Source: Candidatus Bathyarchaeota archaeon (lineage in GTDB: Archaea; Thermoproteota; Bathyarchaeia; 40CM-2-53-6). From it: a stretch of 64,000 nucleotides of DNA. Position 1 is the stretch's first letter. Every line of letters starts with the position of its first letter. The stretch lies in NCBI GenBank assembly GCA_963726255.1, contig CAVSBL010000002.1, positions 1,184,001-1,248,000 of the forward strand, in the 5' to 3' direction. This document shows, one piece after another, positions 48,318-58,135 of this stretch. The position numbers and the translations under genes were made by a program. Under the pieces are notes generated by a model. The model did no database searches. It was not told the origin of the DNA and was given only the letters and a program-made list of their open reading frames with translations.

Positions 48318-49016
48318 CTATCTTCTCTTCTTCGCGGTGAGTAAGTATTGGTAGACGAACCCAGCGAGTAGGGCTCCGATAATGGGCCCAACCCAGTACA
48401 CCCAAAGGCTTCCGAACGTTCCAGATGCAATCGCTGGGCCGAGCGCACGTGCAGGGTTCGCCGCACCCCCCGTCAAAGGCCCTGCTATGAGAATGTCAGC
48501 AGTTAGCGTCATGCCTATCAACAATCCTGACGCTCCCGCAGGAACCTTATCGGTGTATAATACCGCATAGACTGAGAACATCAGGAAGAAAGTTATGATC
48601 AGCTCGACGACTACCGCCACAGCATCGCTTTGTCCTATTGCAGGACTCGGCGCAGTTAAACCGAATTTGGTTAGGGCACCGTTTCCGGGCAATATTATTT
48701 CATGAGCCAGCCCGGCAATGGTTGCACCTAAGACTTGCGCGACAAGATATCCGATTCCGTCGTCAAAATCTAATTTTCTAAGTGCGACAGCCGTAATCGT
48801 AATGGCTGGGTTAATGTGGCAACCTGAAATGGAGCCAATCGCGTAGACCATCGCCATGAGTATGAGGCCATGTGCAAGGGCGATTCCGATGAAGGAAGCA
48901 GCAGGTGATGAGACACCTAGGACTGGAAGGAAGATGGTTACCGAAACGGAACCGAAGAACACCAACGCAAATGTTCCGATGAATTCGGCTATGTACGCTT
49001 GCCTGCCCATCATCAT
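48318..49016 (-). CDS. Aquaporin (MIP family)
   Basis: AEFIGTF, SGCHINPA, NPAR, WVYWVGP. Confidence 0.95.
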   Translation of the reverse strand: MMMGRQAYIAEFIGTFALVFFGSVSVTIFLPVLGVSSPAASFIGIALAHGLILMAMVYAIGSISGCHINPAITITAVALRKLDFDDGIGYLVAQVLGATIAGLAHEIILPGNGALTKFGLTAPSPAIGQSDAVAVVVELIITFFLMFSVYAVLYTDKVPAGASGLLIGMTLTADILIAGPLTGGAANPARALGPAIASGTFGSLWVYWVGPIIGALLAGFVYQYLLTAKKRR

Positions 49017-49158
49017 TGTTGATACCTGTGTCTTTGGCTAGGTTTACGCATCGCTATAAAACACTTAAGCTTCAAACCACTAATTTCGAAAACAGCGCGC
49101 CTATGATGTTCCGGCTTACTGCAATCAGGCCATTTACAATCGGTGATTTGCTCTTTGT

Positions 49159-49623
49159 CTAGAGCTGCTCGCCGATCTTGTACGTGTAGATTGTGTGCCC
49201 GAGCAACTCATCGTAAACTCCGACCGGCTTCCATCCGGGTACTTTGAAGTCGTGCGACACCACGCGTGTACCAGGCTTCAACTCTGCCTCTAATTTGGGC
49301 CTAAGCCGCTCGTTCGCACTTGAAGTGAGGTAGAGAGTGATTATGTTTGCGTCTGATATGTTGATGTCAAAGAAGTTCCCTTGAATCACTTTCACTTTGT
49401 CTTCGAGGTTAAACCTCTTGATTTCGGTTCTGGCCCGCTCCACGAGGTCTTCCCTCAGCTCAATGCCGGTGGAGCTGGCACCCATATCTTTCGCGGCCAG
49501 AATGATCAGCCGACCGTCACCACAGCCAAGGTCGTAAAGAATTTCGCCCGGTTTGACTTGCGATAAGTCCAACATCTTCTTTGCAACCTCGAGTGGGGTT
49601 TGAACAAAAGGTGCAATACTCAT
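49159..49623 (-). CDS. Small class I SAM methyltransferase, archaeal protein-lysine methyltransferase (aKMT)-like
   Basis: PFV.TP..V...ML, YDLGCGDGR, L.PKLE.ELKPGTRVVSH.F...GW.P, H.IY.Y.IGE. Confidence 0.85.
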   Translation of the reverse strand: MSIAPFVQTPLEVAKKMLDLSQVKPGEILYDLGCGDGRLIILAAKDMGASSTGIELREDLVERARTEIKRFNLEDKVKVIQGNFFDINISDANIITLYLTSSANERLRPKLEAELKPGTRVVSHDFKVPGWKPVGVYDELLGHTIYTYKIGEQL

Positions 49624-49661
49624 GAATTCAGCCTGCCCGAACTTCGCCTTGACTGCGTGAT

Positions 49662-49991
49662 TTATGCGTATCGTCTCTCGCTATCGGGGCGTTCAACCTT
49701 AGGCGTTTTCGACCCCAGGGGCAAGCTCTTTTCTTTCTTGCCCGTCCACTTCACATCTTCTTCCAAGAAGCGTAGGCAGACCTCTCTGAACTGTTTGAAG
49801 ATGTCCTTCAATTCTTCCTCGGTGAACGTGTCAATGAAAGAGGGGTTTCTAAGCCAGCTGTCCCACCCGCGAACACTCTCAAAAAGCGCTGAATTCATCC
49901 GTATGAGGGAAGCGTACAGCCCTAAGCGGTCGGCAGGCTCGAGCTTCTTAATGTCTTCGACAGCCTTTGATCGTTCTTCAGTCCACGACAA
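49662..49991 (-). CDS. DUF2153 family protein
   Basis: DRL.......(S/T).GW..WL.NP......EEL pattern. Confidence 0.75.
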   Translation of the reverse strand: MSWTEERSKAVEDIKKLEPADRLGLYASLIRMNSALFESVRGWDSWLRNPSFIDTFTEEELKDIFKQFREVCLRFLEEDVKWTGKKEKSLPLGSKTPKVERPDSERRYA

Positions 49992-50206
49992 CCCTTCGAG
50001 GCACCTTCCATTCCCGTGCTCTGCCCTAACCGTAATTTAGCCTTATTCCCGAAATAAAGTCGGAACAATGCAAAGAAGTGTCAGCCATTTAACCAAACGG
50101 TTCGGTGAGAACGGCCGAAGCCCTTGGCTTTCGTGGTGTGGGGAAACCTAATTCAACAGCGAAGCTTTTCATCCTCAATATAGCACTGCAAGATGGTGGT
50201 TGTAGT

Positions 50207-50992
50207 ATGACTCATACTGAGCCCAAAGTCATTAAACTCGCCGAAACGCGGCTCGACAAAAAGGGTGTTGAACAGTTAGCGGAACATTACGCGGCCACGG
50301 AATGGTTTGATAATGCCAAGAAGCTTCAATCAAATGAATCCGAATTCCTTATCGAACTTGCCGGGCACGCTTGCTACAAAAGTTTCGGCGTCGGTCTCAA
50401 CCCCAACGTAACCAAGATTCGAGATAATCCCAAAGATTACCTTGCGAACGTGTTGGAGAAGGGTGACGGAAGCATTCTCGAGCACGCGACCGTTACCTTC
50501 GCCTTCCTTGACGTTAGCAGAATCTTCACTCACGAGTTAGTCAGACACCGCGCCGGAACCGCGATGAGTCAAGAGAGCCTCCGGTACGTGCGCCCCCAAG
50601 AGGTTAACGTCTGGGTTCCACCCGACATGGAACCAGTGTCAAAGAAGTTTGTCGAAACGGTCGAGGCCATTCAAGAGCGTTACCGCGATCTGGAATCGAG
50701 TTTTGATTGGGATAAGATGACCTTCGAACAGAAAAAACGAGTGACGTCGGCCTTGCGGCGAATCTTGCCGGACGGGATCGCGACGAACATAATCTGGACA
50801 GCTAACCACCGGACCATTCGATGGGTGATAGAAATGCGCACGGATCCCAGCGCTGAAGTAGAGATCCGAAAGGTCTTCGGTCAGGTTGCGGAGATTTGCA
50901 TGCGAGATTACCCGCTTCTTTACCAGGACTTCTCGAAGACGAAACTCACAGACGGCACATTCCAGTATACACCGAAGTTCTCAAAGGTGTAG
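50207..50992 (+). CDS. thyX: Flavin-dependent thymidylate synthase
   Basis: S.LEH, SR..THELVRHR...SQES.RY, R..LP, AE.EIR; ATG at 50207. Confidence 0.93.
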   Translation: MTHTEPKVIKLAETRLDKKGVEQLAEHYAATEWFDNAKKLQSNESEFLIELAGHACYKSFGVGLNPNVTKIRDNPKDYLANVLEKGDGSILEHATVTFAFLDVSRIFTHELVRHRAGTAMSQESLRYVRPQEVNVWVPPDMEPVSKKFVETVEAIQERYRDLESSFDWDKMTFEQKKRVTSALRRILPDGIATNIIWTANHRTIRWVIEMRTDPSAEVEIRKVFGQVAEICMRDYPLLYQDFSKTKLTDGTFQYTPKFSKV

Positions 50993-51016
50993 CGCCTAAC
51001 AAGTAGGGAAAGGGCA

Positions 51017-51799
51017 ATGTCTGAACCGTTCTGGAGAACCTCAATCTCGAAGGTCGAACCAAACAAGATACTTGTCCGAGGGTACAACCTGATGGACCTT
51101 GTTGGAAACTACAATTACGCGGATTTGACGTACCTTCTTTGGCGCGGGGAACTTCCATCCCACAACCATTCCTGCATGATGGATGCTTTGCTAACTGTCT
51201 GCCTCGAACACAGTCTCAACGCGCCATCAGTCGACGCAGCTCGTTTCGTGGCCTCATGCGGCGTCCCGTTGCAGTCTGCCGTATCAGCTGGGGTTGCCGC
51301 CATAGGAGACTGGCATGGCGGTGCCATAGAGCAGGCTGCCAAAATGCTTCAGGAAGCAGTCGTCCGCATGAATAGCACACATCACTCCCCGAAGGAAACT
51401 GCTGAGGAGCTCCTACGGGAACTAACAAATCGCAGAGAAAGAATTCCTGGATTTGGACATCCAACCCATACCAGTGACCCAAGAACCAAACGGGTGCTGG
51501 AAATCGCTAAAGAGACTCAGCTACTGGGGCCGCACATGAAACTTGCCCAGGCTATGGCGTCCTCGACAGAGAAAGTCTTGCGCAAACACCTCATCCTGAA
51601 TGTGGATGGCTGCATCGCGGCTATCATTTCGGATATGGGATTTGATTGGCGGTTGGGAAAAGGCTTCTTCATCGTAAGCCGTACACCAGGTTTGATTGCA
51701 CACGCCTATGAACAGATGTATAGCGAAAAACCGTACAAGTCTGCCCGATGGGATGAGATAGTCTACACGGGCCCACCTGAACGACAGGTGTCAAAATAG
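51017..51799 (+). CDS. Citryl-CoA lyase / citrate-synthase-like protein
   Basis: W.TSI, RGY, EH...PS, HGGA, IPGFGH, DPR, NVDG; about 260 aa. Confidence 0.85.
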   Translation: MSEPFWRTSISKVEPNKILVRGYNLMDLVGNYNYADLTYLLWRGELPSHNHSCMMDALLTVCLEHSLNAPSVDAARFVASCGVPLQSAVSAGVAAIGDWHGGAIEQAAKMLQEAVVRMNSTHHSPKETAEELLRELTNRRERIPGFGHPTHTSDPRTKRVLEIAKETQLLGPHMKLAQAMASSTEKVLRKHLILNVDGCIAAIISDMGFDWRLGKGFFIVSRTPGLIAHAYEQMYSEKPYKSARWDEIVYTGPPERQVSK

Positions 51800-51972
51800 T
51801 CGAAGTGAATTCAGCGGGACCGAAAGCCCTTGCTGGGCGCAGTAGCTGATTTTCTGATTACGCCTTTTCTAAACAGGCAGCAGCTAGTTTACGCAGTTCT
51901 CGACCGAGCTTCAGTTTTCGCGGAGATCGGTACGCTCACGTGACGCGGCCTTCTGAGTCCAACGGAAGGAAG

Positions 51973-52626
51973 TTAGCGTTCTTTATCCAGTATCTTGACT
52001 TCGCATTTCACGAGCGCTTGGAGGGCCTCGGCGTCTTGGCGGCTTCCGACTATTGCCCCGAAATGCATAGGAATGACGACTTTAGGATTAAGTGATTTCA
52101 CAGCTTCGGCTGCTTCTTGCGCAGTCATCACGTATGTACCTGAGACGGGAAGGAGAGCAACGTCAGCTCGTATGTTCTTCATCTCGGGAATATGGTCTGT
52201 GTCACCCGCGTGGTAGATGCGAACGCCTTTCACTGTTACAATAAATCCTAGTTTTCCGTCCTCTTTTGGGTGGAAGACCTTTCCTGGCTCGCGGAACTTG
52301 TTCACATTGTACGCGGGAACGGCTTCAATTGAAATATCGCCGAGCTTGATTTTCTCGCCGGGTTTCACGATCTTAATTTCTTTCGCTTTCAGCTTGGATA
52401 ATTCGTTCTTGGATTGGGCATGCGCGACAATTGTTGTATTAGGGCTGGTAATTTTCTTCAAATCATCAGCGCTGCAATGGTCAGAATGCTCATGGCTGAC
52501 GAGAATTATATCCGCCTCTGGCCCGCCTTCGATTTGGTATGGGTCAATGTATACGACTTGACCATTCTGAATCCTGAAGCCGTCGTGCCCTAACCACGTC
52601 AATTTGACATTTTGGTACTCATACAT
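51973..52626 (-). CDS. MBL-fold metallo-hydrolase (UPF0173-like)
   Basis: WLGH, SHEHSDH, YHAGDT, IPMH. Confidence 0.88.
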   Translation of the reverse strand: MYEYQNVKLTWLGHDGFRIQNGQVVYIDPYQIEGGPEADIILVSHEHSDHCSADDLKKITSPNTTIVAHAQSKNELSKLKAKEIKIVKPGEKIKLGDISIEAVPAYNVNKFREPGKVFHPKEDGKLGFIVTVKGVRIYHAGDTDHIPEMKNIRADVALLPVSGTYVMTAQEAAEAVKSLNPKVVIPMHFGAIVGSRQDAEALQALVKCEVKILDKER

Positions 52627-52772
52627 CTCTAAGACCGCCAGGGTACTACGCGTTAATTCGATTTAAAAAGGGCACAGTTCTGTGGGTGAGGCGTTAACAA
52701 CAAGGATCCCTCCAATGTTTTTGTGTTTCTAGTTCCATGGAGTACACCTTTGGCTGAGGGCTGGTTGGCCAT

Positions 52773-55628
52773 TTGACAGAACAAGTCTTTGAAAGCCTTT
52801 CCAAGACAATCCAGGAAGCTCTCGCCGAGTCCGGCTTTAAGGCGCCGACGCCTCCGCAATTGGTTGCCATACCCAAGATCATGGGTGGTACGAATGTTCT
52901 CCTGATTGCTCCGACCGGTTCGGGAAAGACTGAGGCAGTGTTGCTCCCGATCTTAGACCAGCTTACGAAGGTGGAGAAGCGACAAGGGATTTCGATAATC
53001 TACATTACGCCGCTGCGTGCGCTGAACCGAGATATGATGAAACGCCTCGATTTCTGGCGCTCGAAACTCGGATTTACAGTTGAGGTGAGACATGGAGATA
53101 CGCCGCAGAAGGAGAGACGCAGACAGGCAATCAAGCCGCCCGATTTTCTTGTTACCACTCCCGAGACTCTGCAAGCTATCCTCCCTGGCAAGAGGATGAG
53201 AACCCACTTGCGCCACGTCCGGTGGGTTGTCATCGATGAGGTTCACGAACTCGCTGGAGATAGACGTGGGGTTCAGTTGACGGTTGGACTTGAGAGGCTC
53301 AGAAAGGTAGCGGAGCGCGAGTTCCAGAGGGTAGGTCTCTCCGCCACTGTTGGAAACCCCGCGGAAGTCGCGGCCTTCATAGCGGGTGACAGGGCGTGCG
53401 AGGTAATCCAAGTTTTACCGCCTAAAGAAGCAACGTATTTCGTTGAATTCCCACACCCAACAGATGAAGATAACATAGTCGCCCAAAGCCTGTATACAGC
53501 GCCTGAAGCAGCCGCCCGATTGAACAGGATCTGGGAACTAGTTGAGAATCATGATTCGACTCTAATTTTCGTCAACAGCCGCACGAACGCAGAAACTCTC
53601 GGTTCAAAGTTCCATCAACTGAAACGCAACGTTGCCGTGCACCACGGCTCACTCCCGAGGGAAGAAAGAGTGCGGGTTGAGGATGATTTCAAGAACGGCC
53701 GAATCAGGGCGCTGGTTTGCACGTCAACGCTTGAACTCGGAATTGATATTGGAAATGTGGACTTGACAATTCAGTACATGTCACCTAGGCAGGTGTCAAG
53801 CCTCATCCAGCGGGTGGGACGTTCAGGCCACAGACTAGACCGGGTTTCCGAAGGAGCAATTGTCGCTGTGTCGACAGAAGACATCCTAGAGTCAGTAGCT
53901 GCAGTTCAGAAAGCTCAGGAGAAATTGATTGAGCCGGTGAGAATTCATGAAAACGCGCTCGATGTATTATCACATCAGATAGCGGGCATCGTCCTAGAAT
54001 CAGAAGATGGAATCAAGGCCGACGAAACCTACGCGATAATACGGCGTGCATTTGCTTACCGAGATTTGTTGAGAGAAGAGTTCGACAAGGTGACAACCTT
54101 CATGGAGAATATGCGTCACCTCAGAAATGATAGAGGCGTCCTGTTCCGAGGAAGTGGAACTCGTCAATATTACTTTGAAAATCTCTCCATGATCCCTGAT
54201 GAGCGAAGGTACCAAGTCATTGATGTTTCCACCCAGCAGTCCGTTGGGATTCTAGGCGAAGAATTCATGATGACCAAAGCTAGGTTGGGGTTGCATTTCA
54301 TTGTGAAGGGCAAGGTTTGGCAGATCGAGCAAATGTCCGATGATGCCCGCGTGTACGTGACACCAGTCGAGGACCCCACTGCGGCCGTCCCAGGGTGGGA
54401 CGGAGAAATGTTGCCTATCCCGTTTGAGCTAGCCCAGAAAGTCGGCCAACTACGTGCAAACGTTGCACAATTACTCGAGACAAACACACCGCCGGCGGTT
54501 GTGACAAAACTCAGCGGCAGGTGGCCTACGGAGCGCTTTGCCATACGCAAAGTTGTCGAGGAGATTGACGACCATAGAAAGATGGGCGCACCGATCCCAA
54601 CGGAGAAACGCATCGTTCTCGAGGCGTTCGATAGGTTCCTGATAATCCACGCTTCCTTTGGGGAAACCGTGAACAATACACTTGGGGAGGTATACGAGGA
54701 ACTGCTCTCTAGGAAAGGCTTGGTTAGGGAATGGTGGGCCGATGGTTACCGCATATTATTGGAATTGACCAGCACCACTGACGACCTTTCATTGGAAGAA
54801 ATTAGTTCAGCCATCTTTGGCGTTGATGCTGGCATTTTGGAAGGTGTGTTCAAGGGGGTTTTGCACAGACATTTTCCGTTTGGCTACTACATGAAGTTCA
54901 TCGCTGAACGTTTTGGAGCCCTGAGGCGTGGGCTGATGTTCTCGGGTGACAACCTAAAGGAACTGGCGCTACGTTTCAGGATGACTCCAATTTACGACGA
55001 AACAATTCGCGAAGCTCTGATGCTTCATGTAGATTACCCCCGTGTTAGAGAAATCTACAGAATGATCAGAGAAGGTGAGATGGAAACTGCCATTTTCAGG
55101 GCGAAGGATAAACCGACCCCGTTAGGGTTTCACCTTCTCAATAAGCACGTCGACGTGCCGGAACTGATTGCTCCCGAAACTGTCGAGAGGGATACTATCG
55201 CCAGACTTCGGTACAGCCTCGGCAATATGACCGTGGACTTGCTCTGCTTCGAATGCGGAGAACTAATGCAAGCTCAGGTTGTGAAAGCGCTCAGTCAAAA
55301 ACCAAAATGTGCAGCCTGCGGCTCAGGGCTCTTAGCTGTGTGCACTTGGTCCACGGACTATCTCTCCCGAATCTTGGGGAAGAAACTCAAGGCAAAGTCT
55401 CTCGAGGAGACTGAACGAGATACTCTCGCCCGAGCAAGACGATCAGCCGACCTTGTCTTATCATACGGACGCAGGGCCGTCGTAGCTCAATGCGTTTACG
55501 GTATCGGCCCGCAAACAGCTGCCCGAATCCTCGCCAAAATGCATGACGACGAAAAAGCGTTTTACAAGGACCTCTTGGAAGCCAAGCTCAGATTCATCAC
55601 GACGCGACCGTTTTGGGACAGGCCGTAG
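52773..55628 (+). CDS. lhr: Lhr-family DEAH helicase with C-terminal Cys4 motif
   Basis: APTGSGKT, PLRAL..D, DEVH, SAT, HHGSL, QRVGRSGH; CFEC...CAAC. Confidence 0.9.
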   Translation: MTEQVFESLSKTIQEALAESGFKAPTPPQLVAIPKIMGGTNVLLIAPTGSGKTEAVLLPILDQLTKVEKRQGISIIYITPLRALNRDMMKRLDFWRSKLGFTVEVRHGDTPQKERRRQAIKPPDFLVTTPETLQAILPGKRMRTHLRHVRWVVIDEVHELAGDRRGVQLTVGLERLRKVAEREFQRVGLSATVGNPAEVAAFIAGDRACEVIQVLPPKEATYFVEFPHPTDEDNIVAQSLYTAPEAAARLNRIWELVENHDSTLIFVNSRTNAETLGSKFHQLKRNVAVHHGSLPREERVRVEDDFKNGRIRALVCTSTLELGIDIGNVDLTIQYMSPRQVSSLIQRVGRSGHRLDRVSEGAIVAVSTEDILESVAAVQKAQEKLIEPVRIHENALDVLSHQIAGIVLESEDGIKADETYAIIRRAFAYRDLLREEFDKVTTFMENMRHLRNDRGVLFRGSGTRQYYFENLSMIPDERRYQVIDVSTQQSVGILGEEFMMTKARLGLHFIVKGKVWQIEQMSDDARVYVTPVEDPTAAVPGWDGEMLPIPFELAQKVGQLRANVAQLLETNTPPAVVTKLSGRWPTERFAIRKVVEEIDDHRKMGAPIPTEKRIVLEAFDRFLIIHASFGETVNNTLGEVYEELLSRKGLVREWWADGYRILLELTSTTDDLSLEEISSAIFGVDAGILEGVFKGVLHRHFPFGYYMKFIAERFGALRRGLMFSGDNLKELALRFRMTPIYDETIREALMLHVDYPRVREIYRMIREGEMETAIFRAKDKPTPLGFHLLNKHVDVPELIAPETVERDTIARLRYSLGNMTVDLLCFECGELMQAQVVKALSQKPKCAACGSGLLAVCTWSTDYLSRILGKKLKAKSLEETERDTLARARRSADLVLSYGRRAVVAQCVYGIGPQTAARILAKMHDDEKAFYKDLLEAKLRFITTRPFWDRP

Positions 55629-55725
55629 GTAGAAAAGTAGAACATTTTCCTTTTTCTAACCTAGCTCCAAGTGTTCCAAGCTCCCTTAATTACTCAACCA
55701 CCGGAGCAACTCTCGAGTGATCGGG

Positions 55726-55857
55726 ATGTACCATCTCCACCAACACGAATTCCATCACGCGATGCCCTTGGGCATAATGAAGTGCGTGTACTGCGGGCTG
55801 CGCAAAGCGACTTTCAGACAAATGCGCGCGAGTAGAATGCACTCTGACGCACGTTGA
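55726..55857 (+). CDS. Putative 43-aa His/Cys micro-protein
   Basis: Manual translation: MYHLHQHEFHHAMPLGIMKCVYCGLRKATFRQMRASRMHSDAR; GAGTGA SD-like sequence upstream. Confidence 0.45.
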   Translation: MYHLHQHEFHHAMPLGIMKCVYCGLRKATFRQMRASRMHSDAR

Positions 55858-55933
55858 TGCTTCGCGTGTCCTGAAAACGCTCCATTTTTAAGGGCTAGCC
55901 TGCAGAGCCCCGACAAATTCGTGGTGTTTCCCT

Positions 55934-56587
55934 ATGGTAGGTGACCTTGGACGGCGACTTGTTGAACTGAGATTTGTCGAAGGCATCGAGAAAGTTGAAC
56001 ATGTACCCTACCCTACGGGGGACCAGTTTTGGGTTCGGTTTAACAGCCCTTTGGACTTGGGAAAGCTCGAGAACCTCGTCAACAAGCACGGTTACATCAT
56101 GGTTAGGTTTGCAACCCTACCTTCGAAATTGCCCCGTGGCCTCTCTGAGATGCTTTGGGATGGGGTCACCCATGTGATTGCCAAGAAGATGAGCGGATGG
56201 TTGAAGTTCACTTCATCCCTAGGCCTTGAGCCGGAAGGAATTGCAAAGATCGCTGACGACCTGCACGGCCAGTATCAGATATTCATAGTTACCACCGAGG
56301 AAGGCGTTCAATTGCTCTACGAGTACCTGGGGTTAAAGTACACTCCACCAGCCCCAACGCCATCACTTGTTCCAGCCAAACCTCCAGTCCCAGCTGCGCA
56401 AAAGTCAGTTCCGGCAGTTCCGCGACCTGCGGCGCCAGTACCCCCTGCTGTGGCAAAACCTCCAACGCCTAGTCAACCATCTCAACCCGCCCCTTCACAA
56501 CCGGGGCCTACCCAGCAATCTGGAACAATACCTAAGTCCACGGTCGCAGCGGCGGACGGCCCGAAGAGAGAAACGACGACGAGCTGA
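55934..56587 (+). CDS. Hypothetical protein with Pro-rich disordered C-tail
   Basis: About 135-aa globular part followed by a P/A/S/Q-rich tail. Confidence 0.7.
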   Translation: MVGDLGRRLVELRFVEGIEKVEHVPYPTGDQFWVRFNSPLDLGKLENLVNKHGYIMVRFATLPSKLPRGLSEMLWDGVTHVIAKKMSGWLKFTSSLGLEPEGIAKIADDLHGQYQIFIVTTEEGVQLLYEYLGLKYTPPAPTPSLVPAKPPVPAAQKSVPAVPRPAAPVPPAVAKPPTPSQPSQPAPSQPGPTQQSGTIPKSTVAAADGPKRETTTS

Positions 56588-56591
56588 CGGA

Positions 56592-57809
56592 TTAGGCTGG
56601 TGGGAGCGACCTCACTTTCTTGGGTTCGACTGCGAAGGAAACGGCCTCGTCAGCGTCAAGGGATCCCGAATAAAGGACCTCGCCTAGAATTCGGCATCCA
56701 GATTCGATTCGAACGTTTTCACCATGCACTATTCCAGCGTTGCTGTTCTCTTCGAGAACTACGCTCTTGCCGTAGAGCGCTTCAACATCGGCCTTTTCAC
56801 CGACCCTTATGCTGTTCGCGAAGAGTGGCCCCCTGGCTCGGGCGCGATCGCCTATTGTTATCGACTCCGCTCTTACTCCTTTCTGAGTGACTATCGAGCC
56901 GCCAATCTCAATGTCTTCAACTTTGATTTCCTGCGCCTCAAGAGATCCTCCAACCTCTATCCGACAGGCATTCAGTGCCTGTTGCACTCTGCATTTCCCG
57001 CCAACCTCAAGAGAACCAGCCAAATTCAGGTTACTTCCCACCCTCAAGACACCGCCAATGTCAACGTCTTTGCCCACCGCGTCTCCATCTATGTCGACTG
57101 TGCCCCCGACATCTATGTCCTCGAACTGCAGGTTCCCTGAGACTTTGAGAATCCCGCCGACATCGATTCGCTTGCCCGAACTGCCGCCCTTGAGTTGAAC
57201 CGAGCCGCCCACGTCTAATTCGTTAAACTCCAGTGGGCCAGTAGAATCGAATGAGCCTCCTACATCAATCTGGTCGGTTACCTTCCCTCCACCGATCACA
57301 ACTGAACCGCCGACATCAATGCTTTTGCAGTTTACATTCTTCGCGACACGTACGGAGCCGCCCACGTCTATCTCCTCGATGTCGGCAGTGTCCAGGACCT
57401 CTAAGGAGCCGCCTACTTCAACTGATTCAGCTTTGAGCGCGCCGTGGACCTCTGCCCGGCTTCCGACCTCAAGGTCGGCGGCCTTTACGCTGCCCGAGAC
57501 TTCCAAGTGCCTGTCTACATCGACATCGCTCGCCGACAATGAACCAGAAACGTGTAGGCTTCCGTCGGCGATGCGGATATTGTCCTGAACCGTAAGATCG
57601 CCCCGGATGTCCAAATCTCCGCCAGCACCATCAACCTCGAGCGCTGTTAAGCTACCCTCAAAGACTACGTCCCCGTCCGTTTCGACACGGCCATCTACCG
57701 TTATGACCTTGTCCTCAGCTGAGATTACGGCGTCCCTCTCAACCTCTAAGTCGCCCTCGACGTGGCCGAGCGTAGTCTTGGAACGTCGGGAGACAGTTAC
57801 ATCAGGCGT
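56592..57809 (-). CDS. Bactofilin-like/beta-helix repeat protein; probable non-canonical start (ACG 57809 or ATC 57812)
   Basis: More than 12 repeats of (I/L/V)(D/E)(V/I)GG at about 17-aa spacing. The frame continues 65 codons upstream of TTG 57614 with the same V.GDL.V pattern. Confidence 0.75.
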   Translation of the reverse strand, partial: TPDVTVSRRSKTTLGHVEGDLEVERDAVISAEDKVITVDGRVETDGDVVFEGSLTALEVDGAGGDLDIRGDLTVQDNIRIADGSLHVSGSLSASDVDVDRHLEVSGSVKAADLEVGSRAEVHGALKAESVEVGGSLEVLDTADIEEIDVGGSVRVAKNVNCKSIDVGGSVVIGGGKVTDQIDVGGSFDSTGPLEFNELDVGGSVQLKGGSSGKRIDVGGILKVSGNLQFEDIDVGGTVDIDGDAVGKDVDIGGVLRVGSNLNLAGSLEVGGKCRVQQALNACRIEVGGSLEAQEIKVEDIEIGGSIVTQKGVRAESITIGDRARARGPLFANSIRVGEKADVEALYGKSVVLEENSNAGIVHGENVRIESGCRILGEVLYSGSLDADEAVSFAVEPKKVRSLPPA

Positions 57810-57827
57810 GATTTGTCCCTCTAATGA

Positions 57828-58034
57828 TCATCGGTTGCCTTGGATGGGCGACATATATGCTCTGCTCACTTCACGTGTCATCTCGACCGAGCTGATGTCT
57901 ATGTCGGCCCACACAATGCTTCGAGTTAATGGCAGCAGGCCACGTCTTGCAATAGCAAGGGCGTTGAGCTTGTTGCCAGCGTCAAGGATTCTGCCGAAGT
58001 TTCGGCTCCATTCGAAGATTCTTTCTCGGAACAT
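57828..58034 (-). CDS. Small hypothetical protein (uncertain)
   Basis: 68-aa ORF co-oriented between the wHTH and repeat-protein genes; no motif recognised. Confidence 0.3.
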   Translation of the reverse strand: MFRERIFEWSRNFGRILDAGNKLNALAIARRGLLPLTRSIVWADIDISSVEMTREVSRAYMSPIQGNR

Positions 58035-58135
58035 ATCTCATTCACTGAACGGCGAGTTGGACTGAGACCAATTAAAGGGCAGGGCACGTTGCGTAATGAC
58101 AGACGGTGGTCACCAAACGTGAGTACGACATGTGA

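Noticed and set aside
51800-51972. Weak hairpin between convergent ccl-like and MBL genes as an ncRNA
   Set aside because: Short imperfect stem with no recognisable RNA family features.
56340-56587. Pro-rich low-complexity stretch as a DNA repeat element
   Set aside because: Explained by the coding of a disordered protein tail; no exact nucleotide periodicity seen.
57607-58065. 152-aa Ser/Thr-rich plus-strand ORF (and similar short antisense ORFs throughout)
   Set aside because: Shadow of the minus-strand repeat-protein gene; its composition mirrors antisense codons.
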